Origin: Candidatus Roizmanbacteria bacterium CG_4_9_14_0_2_um_filter_38_17
GTDB lineage: Bacteria > Patescibacteriota > Microgenomatia > GCA-00278855
Direction: 5' to 3'
NCBI GenBank assembly: GCA_002788855.1
Contig: PFSB01000013.1
Coordinates: 21,608-85,607, forward strand
DNA length: 64,000 nt
The notes beneath the pieces were generated by a model. The model was not told the origin of the DNA, ran no database searches, and worked only from the letters and a program-made list of their open reading frames with translations. Of this stretch, positions 10,648-19,195 are shown piece after piece. The number at the start of each line of letters is the position of its first letter. Positions within the stretch are counted from its first letter, which is position 1. Position numbers and translations under genes: made by a program.

Positions 10648-11445
10648 ATGAAATTTATAGAAAAGTATAAAAAAATAGTTAGAAAAAATAATTCTGTGCT
10701 TTGTGTGGGGTTGGATAGTGATATAGGTAAATTGCCAGATAAATATAAAAATAAGCAGTATCCCCAGTTTGCATTTAATAAATGTATCATAGATCAAACA
10801 CATGACTTGGTTTGTGCGTATAAACCCAATTCTGCTTTCTATGAAGCTAAAGGTGTTGAGGGAATGGCTGAGCTTAAAATGACAGTAGATTATCTTAAAA
10901 GTAAGTATCCAGATATAGTTACTATTTTAGACGCTAAAAGAGCAGATATAGGAAATACGAATAAAGGGTATGTAGAATATATCTTTGACTACTTAGGATT
11001 TGACGGCGTGACTGTTAATCCCTATTTAGGTCAAGAGGCTTTGGAGCCTTTTTTGGATAGGCAGGATAAGGGAATAATAGTTCTCTGCAAAACATCAAAT
11101 CCTGGTAGCGGTGAATTTCAAGATTTACGGACTGATAAGAAGAAGCTATACCAGGTTGTGGCTGAAAATGTTGTTAATGATTGGAATAAAAATAGCAACT
11201 GTTTATTGGTGGTGGGAGCTACGTATCCAGCGGAACTAACTAAGATTAGAAAAATTGCTGGTGATATGGTATTTTTAATTCCAGGGGTTGGAGAGCAAGG
11301 TGGAGATGTTGAGAAAACAGTTAAAGCTGGAATAAATTCAACAGGTGATGGAGTGATAATAAACTTAGCCAGAAAAATTATCTTTGCAGATAATCCCAGA
11401 GAAACAGCAACAAAACTAAGAGATGAGATAAATGTTTATAGATAA
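10648..11445 (+). CDS. pyrF: Orotidine-5'-phosphate decarboxylase (subfamily 2)
   Basis: LCVGLD, AYKPNSAFYE, LDAKRADIGNT, LVVGAT; ATG 10648 preferred to 10633. Confidence 0.96.
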   Translation: MKFIEKYKKIVRKNNSVLCVGLDSDIGKLPDKYKNKQYPQFAFNKCIIDQTHDLVCAYKPNSAFYEAKGVEGMAELKMTVDYLKSKYPDIVTILDAKRADIGNTNKGYVEYIFDYLGFDGVTVNPYLGQEALEPFLDRQDKGIIVLCKTSNPGSGEFQDLRTDKKKLYQVVAENVVNDWNKNSNCLLVVGATYPAELTKIRKIAGDMVFLIPGVGEQGGDVEKTVKAGINSTGDGVIINLARKIIFADNPRETATKLRDEINVYR

Positions 11446-11460
11446 GTTACAATATATAGC

Positions 11461-12102
11461 ATGTTAGCAGAAGAAATTTCAAGATTGTTGTTCAAAATTA
11501 ATGCTGTTAGTTTTAAGTTTGACCCACCATATACATTTACTTCTGGACTGAAGAGTCCTATTTATCTGGATAATAGACTTATTATTTCTTATCCTGAAGT
11601 TAGGAAGCAGATTATAGACTACTATGTTCAGGTTATAAAAGATGATATTGGATTAGATAATGTTGACTGGATTTCTGGAACTGCTACAGCAGCAATACCA
11701 CACGCAGCATTTATTGCGAATGAATTAAATCTGCCAATGGTTTATGTGCGTTCGGTTGCAAAAAAACATGGAAAAGGTGAGCAGATTGAGGGTTATTTAA
11801 AAAAAGAAAGCAAAGTTGTGGTAATTGAAGACCATATTTCAACAGGTAAAAGCTCCATAGACAATGCTCTCTCAATTAGAGCAGAAGGAGGAATAGTAGA
11901 GTATTGTTTGGCTACTACTACATACGAAACAGATATTTCTCAACAAAACTTTGAAAAAGCAAAAGTTAAACTAATAACACTCACTACTGGTAGACTAATT
12001 GCGGAAACTGCATTTAAGGAGGGATTAATTAGTAAAAAAGAGAAAGAGTCTGTTGATTTGTGGTTTGAGGATCCTCCGGCCTGGGCTGGGAAAGTAAAGT
12101 AA
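11461..12102 (+). CDS. pyrE: Orotate phosphoribosyltransferase
   Basis: SGLKSPIYLDNR, GTATAAIPHA, VVVIEDHISTGKS PRPP loop. Confidence 0.96.
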   Translation: MLAEEISRLLFKINAVSFKFDPPYTFTSGLKSPIYLDNRLIISYPEVRKQIIDYYVQVIKDDIGLDNVDWISGTATAAIPHAAFIANELNLPMVYVRSVAKKHGKGEQIEGYLKKESKVVVIEDHISTGKSSIDNALSIRAEGGIVEYCLATTTYETDISQQNFEKAKVKLITLTTGRLIAETAFKEGLISKKEKESVDLWFEDPPAWAGKVK

Positions 12103-12121
12103 GGCTAAGCCTTACTTTACT
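12093..12121. repeat. Palindrome family C, copy 2 (14-bp arms, overlaps pyrE stop)
   Basis: AGTAAAGTAAGGCT-A-AGCCTTACTTTACT. Confidence 0.9.
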
Positions 12122-12176
12122 AGATTTACGCCTTCCCTATTTCTAATTAAGTCTGTGCAAGGGGTTCCCCCTTGTT

Positions 12177-13946
12177 TTAGTTTCTTTTGCTTTCGGGGAG
12201 GCGGGATTTTTTCCGATCTTTTATGTCTGAGGACTGGATTTCTTTCAGATAACTAAACTCTTTTCCAATTTCGGTTAATGAGTAGCCAAGTTTTAACATT
12301 GTTTCTTTAAGGAGAGTTAGAGCTGCTTCAAATTCAGGCTGTACAGCCACATCTGCTCCTAACTTATACATTTGCCTAATGTGCTCTTGGTAATGTACAC
12401 GGGAGTATACAGGTGCTTGATTGTTAAGATTCTTAGCATTTAGGAGAATCATTTCTTGAGAGAGCCTATCTGGGACTGTAGAGATAATCGCTTTGGCAGA
12501 TCCAGCTTGGGCATATTCAAGAATATCTATGTCTGTGGGATCACCGTAAATAGCTGTGTAGCCTTCGCGCTTGGCTCGAGTTACAGCATGGTAGTCTCTG
12601 TCTATAATTACAAAATCTATTTTCAACTTTCGCAGCGCTTCGGCAATGTACAAGCCTACGCGACCCATACCCAGTAATATAATATGATTATGTAGTTTCA
12701 TGTCTTCAACTTTTGCTAAATCGCGGTCTGCTTTTTCATGAATGTGAATGTATAGAGTAGGAAGTGCAAACTTAATGCCTGCTTTTAAGGCAGCATAGAT
12801 ACGATGTTTTTGAGCGATGATGATTGGAGCTAAGGCAATAGATAGCAATACAGATGTTATTGCAGTAACAAATGTAGTTTCGGATATGAGATTGTTGTTC
12901 TGACTTTGATGGAGAATAATAAAAGAAAACTCTCCGACGTTGGCAAGGTAAAGCCCAATAAAATAGGAGATACGGGAATGATAGCGGAGAATCATAAATA
13001 TAACGGAAATAATTACAAATTTGAGCAATATAAGAATTGAGGTGAAGAGAATAATAGTACCGATGGTATTTGAAATGATACTTAGATCGATGGAAATTCC
13101 TAGGTACACAAAGAAAAAAATTGTAAATAAATCCCGAAGTGGTCTGATCTGAGAAAAAACATGGTAGTGTTCGAGGGTTTGACCGACCAGCATGCCAGCA
13201 ATAAATGCAGCTATGGAAGCTGAGAGGCCAAGCGTGGAAAATAGCGCAACGATTACAAAAATCATAAAGATTGTAAATAAGTTAAGGAGTTCTCGGGAAA
13301 GACCAGCAACTTTGCGATAGAGAAAGGGAATAATTTGTCGTCCAAACACAAAAACAGTGGTCAATACAACTCCTGCCTTAAGTAGAGAAATACCAATTTC
13401 AACTAATGATTGGGTAAATGTAGGCGCAGCTCCGTATGAGGAAAGAATCGTCATTAAAGGTATGACAGCCAGATCCTGCAGGATTAGGACGCCTAGAACC
13501 AACTCACCAAACACAGTATCTTCAGTACCCTCATCCTGAAGTAATTTAGCAATAACTGCTGTTGAAGATAATGAAAAAGCCAAGCCAATTACAACTGACT
13601 CAATTGGCGAGAAACCAAACAATACAGAAAGAATTAATACAGCTAAAGAGGTAAATATGATTTGAGCTATTCCACCTATGGTGATAAATTTTGCTGATTT
13701 TCGTAGTGATCCTAGATGGATCTCTAAACCAACTGTAAAAAGCAGCAGAATAACTCCTATATTGGCTACATTGGTGATTGTAGCACCTCTGACATAGTCA
13801 CCCATAATTAATCCTAGAATAACTCCTCCAACTATATAGCCAATAATAGATGGTAGTTTTAACTTATGTGCAACATATCCCCCAACAAGCGGAAAGACTA
13901 AAAAGGCAAGTAAATTTCCAACTAGTGGTAGTGCTAATTCACCCAT
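12177..13946 (-). CDS. CPA2 cation:proton antiporter with TrkA-N domain
   Basis: LLFTVGLE, SLSSTAV, LILQDL, GEFSFII; C-terminal GMGRVG RCK domain. Confidence 0.93.
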   Translation of the reverse strand: MGELALPLVGNLLAFLVFPLVGGYVAHKLKLPSIIGYIVGGVILGLIMGDYVRGATITNVANIGVILLLFTVGLEIHLGSLRKSAKFITIGGIAQIIFTSLAVLILSVLFGFSPIESVVIGLAFSLSSTAVIAKLLQDEGTEDTVFGELVLGVLILQDLAVIPLMTILSSYGAAPTFTQSLVEIGISLLKAGVVLTTVFVFGRQIIPFLYRKVAGLSRELLNLFTIFMIFVIVALFSTLGLSASIAAFIAGMLVGQTLEHYHVFSQIRPLRDLFTIFFFVYLGISIDLSIISNTIGTIILFTSILILLKFVIISVIFMILRYHSRISYFIGLYLANVGEFSFIILHQSQNNNLISETTFVTAITSVLLSIALAPIIIAQKHRIYAALKAGIKFALPTLYIHIHEKADRDLAKVEDMKLHNHIILLGMGRVGLYIAEALRKLKIDFVIIDRDYHAVTRAKREGYTAIYGDPTDIDILEYAQAGSAKAIISTVPDRLSQEMILLNAKNLNNQAPVYSRVHYQEHIRQMYKLGADVAVQPEFEAALTLLKETMLKLGYSLTEIGKEFSYLKEIQSSDIKDRKKSRLPESKRN

Positions 13947-13987
13947 ACAAACTATATTAGCACATAATATACAGCAGGTATTGTTTG

Positions 13988-14016
13988 TTGACTATTTTGT
14001 AAATTATTATTAGAAT
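13988..14016 (+). promoter_or_regulatory. Sigma70 promoter of the pyrG-pur operon (probably leaderless)
   Basis: TTGACT-N17-TAGAAT, with ATG 5 nt after the -10 box. Confidence 0.7.
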
Positions 14017-14021
14017 GAGGC

Positions 14022-15686
14022 ATGCGGACAAAATATGTTTTTGTTTCGGGTGGTGTAATATCAGGGCTTGGTAAAGGTATAATCGCGGCCTCCGTTTCTC
14101 TCCTTCTGGAATCTGCGGGATATAAGGTAACTCCGATTAAATGTGAAAACTATTTGAATGTTGATGCGGGTACAATTAATCCTATTGAGCATGGAGACCC
14201 TTTTTTGTGTGAGGATGGTACTGAGGCAGATATGGATATTGGTACTTATGAAAAGTTTCTTGGGAAAAACTTAGGCAAAGAAAACTTCATGACACTTGGT
14301 CAGGTATATCAGAGTGTTATTGAAAGAGAGCGAAAATTTGAGTATGAAGGAGAAGATGTTGAAGCTATACCACACCTGACTGATGAAATTCAGAAAAGAT
14401 GGATTGACGCTGGAAAAAAGACTAAAGCTGATGTAATTGTTATTGAGCTAGGAGGCACGGCAGGAGAGTATCAAAACTTGTTTTACTACGAAGCAAATAG
14501 AATACTATCATTAAAAAACCCTGGAGACGTTGTTCATATACATGTAGGCTATATGCCATGCCCGCCTCATCTGGGGGAACCAAAAACAAAGCCCATACAG
14601 CTATCAGTTAGAACACTAAACTCCATGGGTATTCAACCAGATTTTATTGTAGCTAGAGCTGAAAAATCGATGGATAAGAGAAGAAAAGATAGATTTGCAT
14701 TATTTTGTAATGTTCACCCGGAAGATGTTATATCAGCTCCTGATGCAGATACAGTCTACAGAGTACCACTAATGCTTAAAGAGCAAGGTATGGATATGCG
14801 CTTATTAGACAAGCTTGGCTTAGAAAAGAAAAAAGGTGATCTCTTGGAGTGGACTAAATTAGTTAATAGAATAGGAGAGATCAAAAAGAGTGGCAACAAA
14901 GTTAATATAGGAATTGTTGGTAAGTATTTTGGCACGGGGGAGTACCAACTTCGTGATTCCTACGCGGCGCTTTTTGATGCTTTGCAGCATGCTGCTTGGC
15001 ACCATGGATATGAACTCAACACTAAATGGATAAGTGCGCAAACAGTAGAGAAGAAAGGAATGGGGACCCAAGTAAAGGGTGTTGATGGAATTCTGGTGCC
15101 GATTGGCTGGGGAGAAAGAGGTGCTGAGGGAATGATTGAGGCAGCAGGATACGCAAGGGAGCAAAAAATTCCGTATCTAGGATTATGTTATGGAATGCAA
15201 TTGGCAGTAGTTTCTTTTGCTAGAGATGTTGTGGGCTTGAAAAATGCAAATACCACAGAGAACGTGCCAGATGCGGTTGATCCAGTAATACATTTAATGC
15301 CAGCACAGAAAAAGTTTATGAACCGGAGAGCTTATGGTGGAACAATGAGACTTGGTGGTTGGGATGCTACCATTAAAAATGGCACTAGAGCTTATTGGGC
15401 TTATGATAAGTACGATGGATTTATTAATAAAAAAACAGAGTTAACGAGTGAAAGACACCGACACCGCTATGAATTTAATGATAAATATGCAAATGCAATG
15501 GAAAAACATGGGTTGGTTATTTCTGCAAGGTCGGTTGTAGAAAATTTGGCTGAAATAGTTGAGCTGCCAAAAGATAAACACCCTTTTTATATGGCAACGC
15601 AAGGACACCCTGAATATAAATCTCGTCCAAATAGACCTCATCCAATATTTATCGAGTATATAGAGGCGTGTATTAATAACAAGTAA
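14022..15686 (+). CDS. pyrG: CTP synthase
   Basis: GGVISGLGKG, KTKPIQLSV, GLCYGMQ, ERHRHRYE, QGHPEYKS. Confidence 0.98.
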   Translation: MRTKYVFVSGGVISGLGKGIIAASVSLLLESAGYKVTPIKCENYLNVDAGTINPIEHGDPFLCEDGTEADMDIGTYEKFLGKNLGKENFMTLGQVYQSVIERERKFEYEGEDVEAIPHLTDEIQKRWIDAGKKTKADVIVIELGGTAGEYQNLFYYEANRILSLKNPGDVVHIHVGYMPCPPHLGEPKTKPIQLSVRTLNSMGIQPDFIVARAEKSMDKRRKDRFALFCNVHPEDVISAPDADTVYRVPLMLKEQGMDMRLLDKLGLEKKKGDLLEWTKLVNRIGEIKKSGNKVNIGIVGKYFGTGEYQLRDSYAALFDALQHAAWHHGYELNTKWISAQTVEKKGMGTQVKGVDGILVPIGWGERGAEGMIEAAGYAREQKIPYLGLCYGMQLAVVSFARDVVGLKNANTTENVPDAVDPVIHLMPAQKKFMNRRAYGGTMRLGGWDATIKNGTRAYWAYDKYDGFINKKTELTSERHRHRYEFNDKYANAMEKHGLVISARSVVENLAEIVELPKDKHPFYMATQGHPEYKSRPNRPHPIFIEYIEACINNK

Positions 15687-17173
15687 TGCAAGAAAAGTGT
15701 GGGATAGTTGGAATTGCGTACAAAAAGCCTTCAAGATCATTTGAATTTGCACTTCTTGCAGCACGCGGAGTGCAACACAGGGGACTTCAAGGAGCTGGGT
15801 TGGCGCTTAATTCAAAGGATGGGTTAAAGGTGTATCGTGGCACGGGAACAATTGATGAGGTGTTTACTAGTGATGTAGCACTTGATTTTGATGTTCCCAA
15901 TAACTGGATTATAGTCCACTGTAGATATGGTACTTATGGAGATTATGATCAGACTAATTTACAGCCATGTATTGCTAGCTCCCCAAAGGGTGAAAAAGTG
16001 GCAGTTATTCATAATGGCCAATTTGCTGGGTTAAGTGAATTAAAAAGTAAAGTAGAAAAGCTAAATAAAAAGATATATTCTAATGATACAAGTGATACTT
16101 ATTTATTTACCCAACTCCTGGCAGGATCTAAAGGTAAATCTTGGGATGAGAAAATAGTTAACAGCGCTGACAAATGCAGTGGGGCATATAGTCTACTAAT
16201 TGGGGTAGGAAAGGATCTTTATGCAGTAAGAGATAAGCTAGGTATTCGGCCACTGTTTATAGGAAAAATATCCGGGGGCTTCATGGTGGCTTCCGAGACG
16301 CATGCGTTTAATAAGGTTGGTGGCAACGTTGAACGAGAAGTAGGAAGGGGAGAAGTTATTAAGCTCAATAATCAAGGGATACGTACTTTAGTAAAGAAAG
16401 GCAAAAAATCACACTTTTGTGATTTTGAGTTTGCCTATTTTAGTCGTCCAGATTCACTGTATTCAAGTGGTGAAGATTCTAATGTTAAAGACTGGAGCTC
16501 TTTTGGAAGTTTTCGAGAAAGATGTGGAGAGAAATTAGCTGAGGAAAAACCTATTCTAAATTCAGATTTTGTTGTTGGTGTTCCCTCTTCTGGAGTAAGC
16601 CTAGCAACTGGCTATGCGGCAAAATTAGGGTTGCCTTACAGACAGGCTATAATTCGCGATCATTTTGACCCCTTTGGCGCACAAAGATTATTTATGCGTG
16701 ATGATGATATACAAAAAATTAGTAGTAGAGTATTAGGAAAATTATCCATTTCTCCAGATTTAAAAGTATGGAAAGATAAGATTGTAGTTATTGGTGATGA
16801 TTCAATTGTAAGAGGCAATGTGTCTAAGAAAGTTACAGAAACTATATTTTGTCTTGGAGCGAAAGAAGTTCATTGGATTATCGGCTTCCCCCCACTTATG
16901 AATCCTTGTCATCTGGGAGTAAGTATTAGAAGTGACGGTGAGTTGGCTGCACCAAAATATGGAGGAGACCCAGTCAAAATAGCTAAAAAAATTGGCGCCA
17001 CAAGTGTAAACTATATCTCAAATCTAGGATTTGTTGAGGCAAAATATCCTGGTGTAAAAGTTATTCTTCCTAAGAACAAGAATGAAATATTTGTAGCAAA
17101 TGGTGGGTGCGGAGGCTGCATTACAGGGTTATACCCAGTAAGTAAAAATGGTAAATACTACAAAAATAGGTAA
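15686..17173 (+). CDS. purF: Amidophosphoribosyltransferase
   Basis: EKCGIVG Ntn Cys, QHRG, DDSIVRG, probable Fe-S cysteines (FCDFE, PCHLG, CGGC). Confidence 0.96.
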   Translation: MQEKCGIVGIAYKKPSRSFEFALLAARGVQHRGLQGAGLALNSKDGLKVYRGTGTIDEVFTSDVALDFDVPNNWIIVHCRYGTYGDYDQTNLQPCIASSPKGEKVAVIHNGQFAGLSELKSKVEKLNKKIYSNDTSDTYLFTQLLAGSKGKSWDEKIVNSADKCSGAYSLLIGVGKDLYAVRDKLGIRPLFIGKISGGFMVASETHAFNKVGGNVEREVGRGEVIKLNNQGIRTLVKKGKKSHFCDFEFAYFSRPDSLYSSGEDSNVKDWSSFGSFRERCGEKLAEEKPILNSDFVVGVPSSGVSLATGYAAKLGLPYRQAIIRDHFDPFGAQRLFMRDDDIQKISSRVLGKLSISPDLKVWKDKIVVIGDDSIVRGNVSKKVTETIFCLGAKEVHWIIGFPPLMNPCHLGVSIRSDGELAAPKYGGDPVKIAKKIGATSVNYISNLGFVEAKYPGVKVILPKNKNEIFVANGGCGGCITGLYPVSKNGKYYKNR

Positions 17174-18455
17174 AAAAATATTGATAGTTGGCAGCGGAGG
17201 TAGAGAGCATGCTTTAGGCTGGAAACTAGCTCAATCGCCACACGTTAAAAAAATATATTTTACTCCAGGAAATGGCGGAACGGCAGAGATAGGTGAGAAT
17301 ATTGATATTACTGCAGATAACATCTTGGGTCTTTTGGAGTTTGCAAAACTAAATCAGATAGATTTGACTGTCGTGGGACCAGAAGACCCACTTAGCTTAG
17401 GGATTGTAGATGAATTTCAGAAAGCGGACCTTGCAATATTTGGTCCAAGCAAGGCAGCGGCAAAACTTGAGTCTTCAAAAAGCTGGTCATCTAAGTTTGT
17501 AGAAAAATATGGCATTCCGGCTCCTAGATACAAAGTATTTGATTCACATCAGGATGCTATAAAATTTGTAGATTCTTGTAATTGGGGTGATTTGGTAATT
17601 AAGGCAGATGGATTGGCAGCAGGAAAGGGAGTTGTTTTACCTAGTACAAAAGATGAGGCAAAACAGACAATTGTGGAGATGATGCGGGAAGGTAAATTTA
17701 AGGAAGCGGGCCGAACAGTCATTATTCAGGAGAGGTTGCGGGGCATGGAGATTTCGGTTATTGCAATATGTGATGGAAAAGATATTAAAGTTATGCTACC
17801 CGCCAAAGACCATAAAAGAGTTAATGACGAAGATGAAGGACTAAATACTGGTGGAATGGGTGCATATGCGCCAGTTCCTTTGCTTAATAAAACAATGCTA
17901 GATAAGATTAAAAAGGAGATCTTGGTTCCAACTGTTGAGGGAATGATTAGTGAAAAGAGGCCACTTGTAGGAGTATTATATGCAGGGCTTATGCTAACTA
18001 GCAGTGGCCCAAAAGTTCTTGAGTACAATGTGCGTTTTGGTGATCCCGAGACTCAGCCTCAGCTAGTAATGCTAAAGTCAGATTTATTTGAACATTTAGC
18101 GGCCTGTGTAGAAGGTAAGCTTAAAGATGAGAAAATAACTTTTTTTGATGGCTACGCGGTTACGGTTGTATTGGCTTCGGGAGGTTATCCAGGATTTTAT
18201 ACAATGGGTCAGCTTTTGCATGGATTAGATCAAGAATTGCCTAGAGATATAGTGGTGTTCCATGCGGGTACCAAGCTAACCCAAGGTCAACATTTTAGTG
18301 TTGGTGGAAGGGTCTTAAGTGTTACAGCTCGCGGGGAAAGTCTAGAAAAAGCAGTAAGGCAAGTATATAAGGTTATTGATGAAGGGTTAGTGTATTTTAA
18401 GTCAATGCACTATAGAAAAGATATTGCTAGGAAGGCTTTACAACCAAAAAAATAA
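17148..18455 (+). CDS. purD: Phosphoribosylamine-glycine ligase
   Basis: GSGGREHAL, KADGLAAGKGV, NTGGMGAY, EYNVRFGDPE. Confidence 0.97.
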   Translation: MVNTTKIGKKILIVGSGGREHALGWKLAQSPHVKKIYFTPGNGGTAEIGENIDITADNILGLLEFAKLNQIDLTVVGPEDPLSLGIVDEFQKADLAIFGPSKAAAKLESSKSWSSKFVEKYGIPAPRYKVFDSHQDAIKFVDSCNWGDLVIKADGLAAGKGVVLPSTKDEAKQTIVEMMREGKFKEAGRTVIIQERLRGMEISVIAICDGKDIKVMLPAKDHKRVNDEDEGLNTGGMGAYAPVPLLNKTMLDKIKKEILVPTVEGMISEKRPLVGVLYAGLMLTSSGPKVLEYNVRFGDPETQPQLVMLKSDLFEHLAACVEGKLKDEKITFFDGYAVTVVLASGGYPGFYTMGQLLHGLDQELPRDIVVFHAGTKLTQGQHFSVGGRVLSVTARGESLEKAVRQVYKVIDEGLVYFKSMHYRKDIARKALQPKK

Positions 18456-19195
18456 GACTAGTAATTCTTATTTCTGGCAGTGGAACAACAATGGAGAACA
18501 TTATTAAGGAAACCCAAAATTCAAACCTAGGCAATGTTGAGATTGTGGGGGTAATTTCAAGTGATAAAGCAGCGGAGGGTATAAAGAGGGCAGAAAAATT
18601 GGGTGTTAATGTAGAGATAATAAATCAAGAAGAAAATGATTTTGAACAAAGATTATTAATACAACTAAATAAATGGAAGCCAGATTTAATTAGCCAAAAT
18701 GGTTGGTTGCCACTTACCCCAAAGAGTGTGCTAACACAATATGACTGTAAGATTATTAATCAACATCCTGCTCCACTTGATCCAGAATTTAAAAATGGTG
18801 TTAGTTATGATTTTGGAGGTGCGGGGATGTATGGCATAGTTCCGATTGCAGCACTTGTTAAATTTAGAAAACTTGTACATGAATTACAAGCAGTAGGTCA
18901 TACAAAGAGACATATTCCTATCGAGTCAACTGTTCATCTTGTAACAGAAAATTTTGATGAGGGCGATGTAATTGCAAGACAAGAATTAGTAGTTAGTGAC
19001 GAAGATACGCCCGAAGAACTGCAAAAGAAACTTTTGCCTATTGAACACAAAAATGTTATTAAAGCAATTAAAGATATAGCCAGTGGCCATATGGAAATTC
19101 AAAAAAGAACAAAGCCATTTATACGAGAAAACGAAAGAAAACTTCTCATACAGGCTAAGAAAGAGGCAATGGAAAAATATTTAAATCATAAATGA
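18452..19195 (+). CDS. purN: Phosphoribosylglycinamide formyltransferase; conserved N-terminus lies upstream of the first ATG
   Basis: IRLVILISGSGTT (18452-18490) precedes ATG 18491; INQHPAPL, GAGMYG, TVHLVTENFDEG. Confidence 0.88.
   Translation: MRLVILISGSGTTMENIIKETQNSNLGNVEIVGVISSDKAAEGIKRAEKLGVNVEIINQEENDFEQRLLIQLNKWKPDLISQNGWLPLTPKSVLTQYDCKIINQHPAPLDPEFKNGVSYDFGGAGMYGIVPIAALVKFRKLVHELQAVGHTKRHIPIESTVHLVTENFDEGDVIARQELVVSDEDTPEELQKKLLPIEHKNVIKAIKDIASGHMEIQKRTKPFIRENERKLLIQAKKEAMEKYLNHK

Noticed and set aside
10612-10803. 64-aa N-terminal extension of the flavoprotein in the ORF track
   Set aside because: Overlaps pyrF antisense; family homology starts after ATG 10611, which has its own -10 box.
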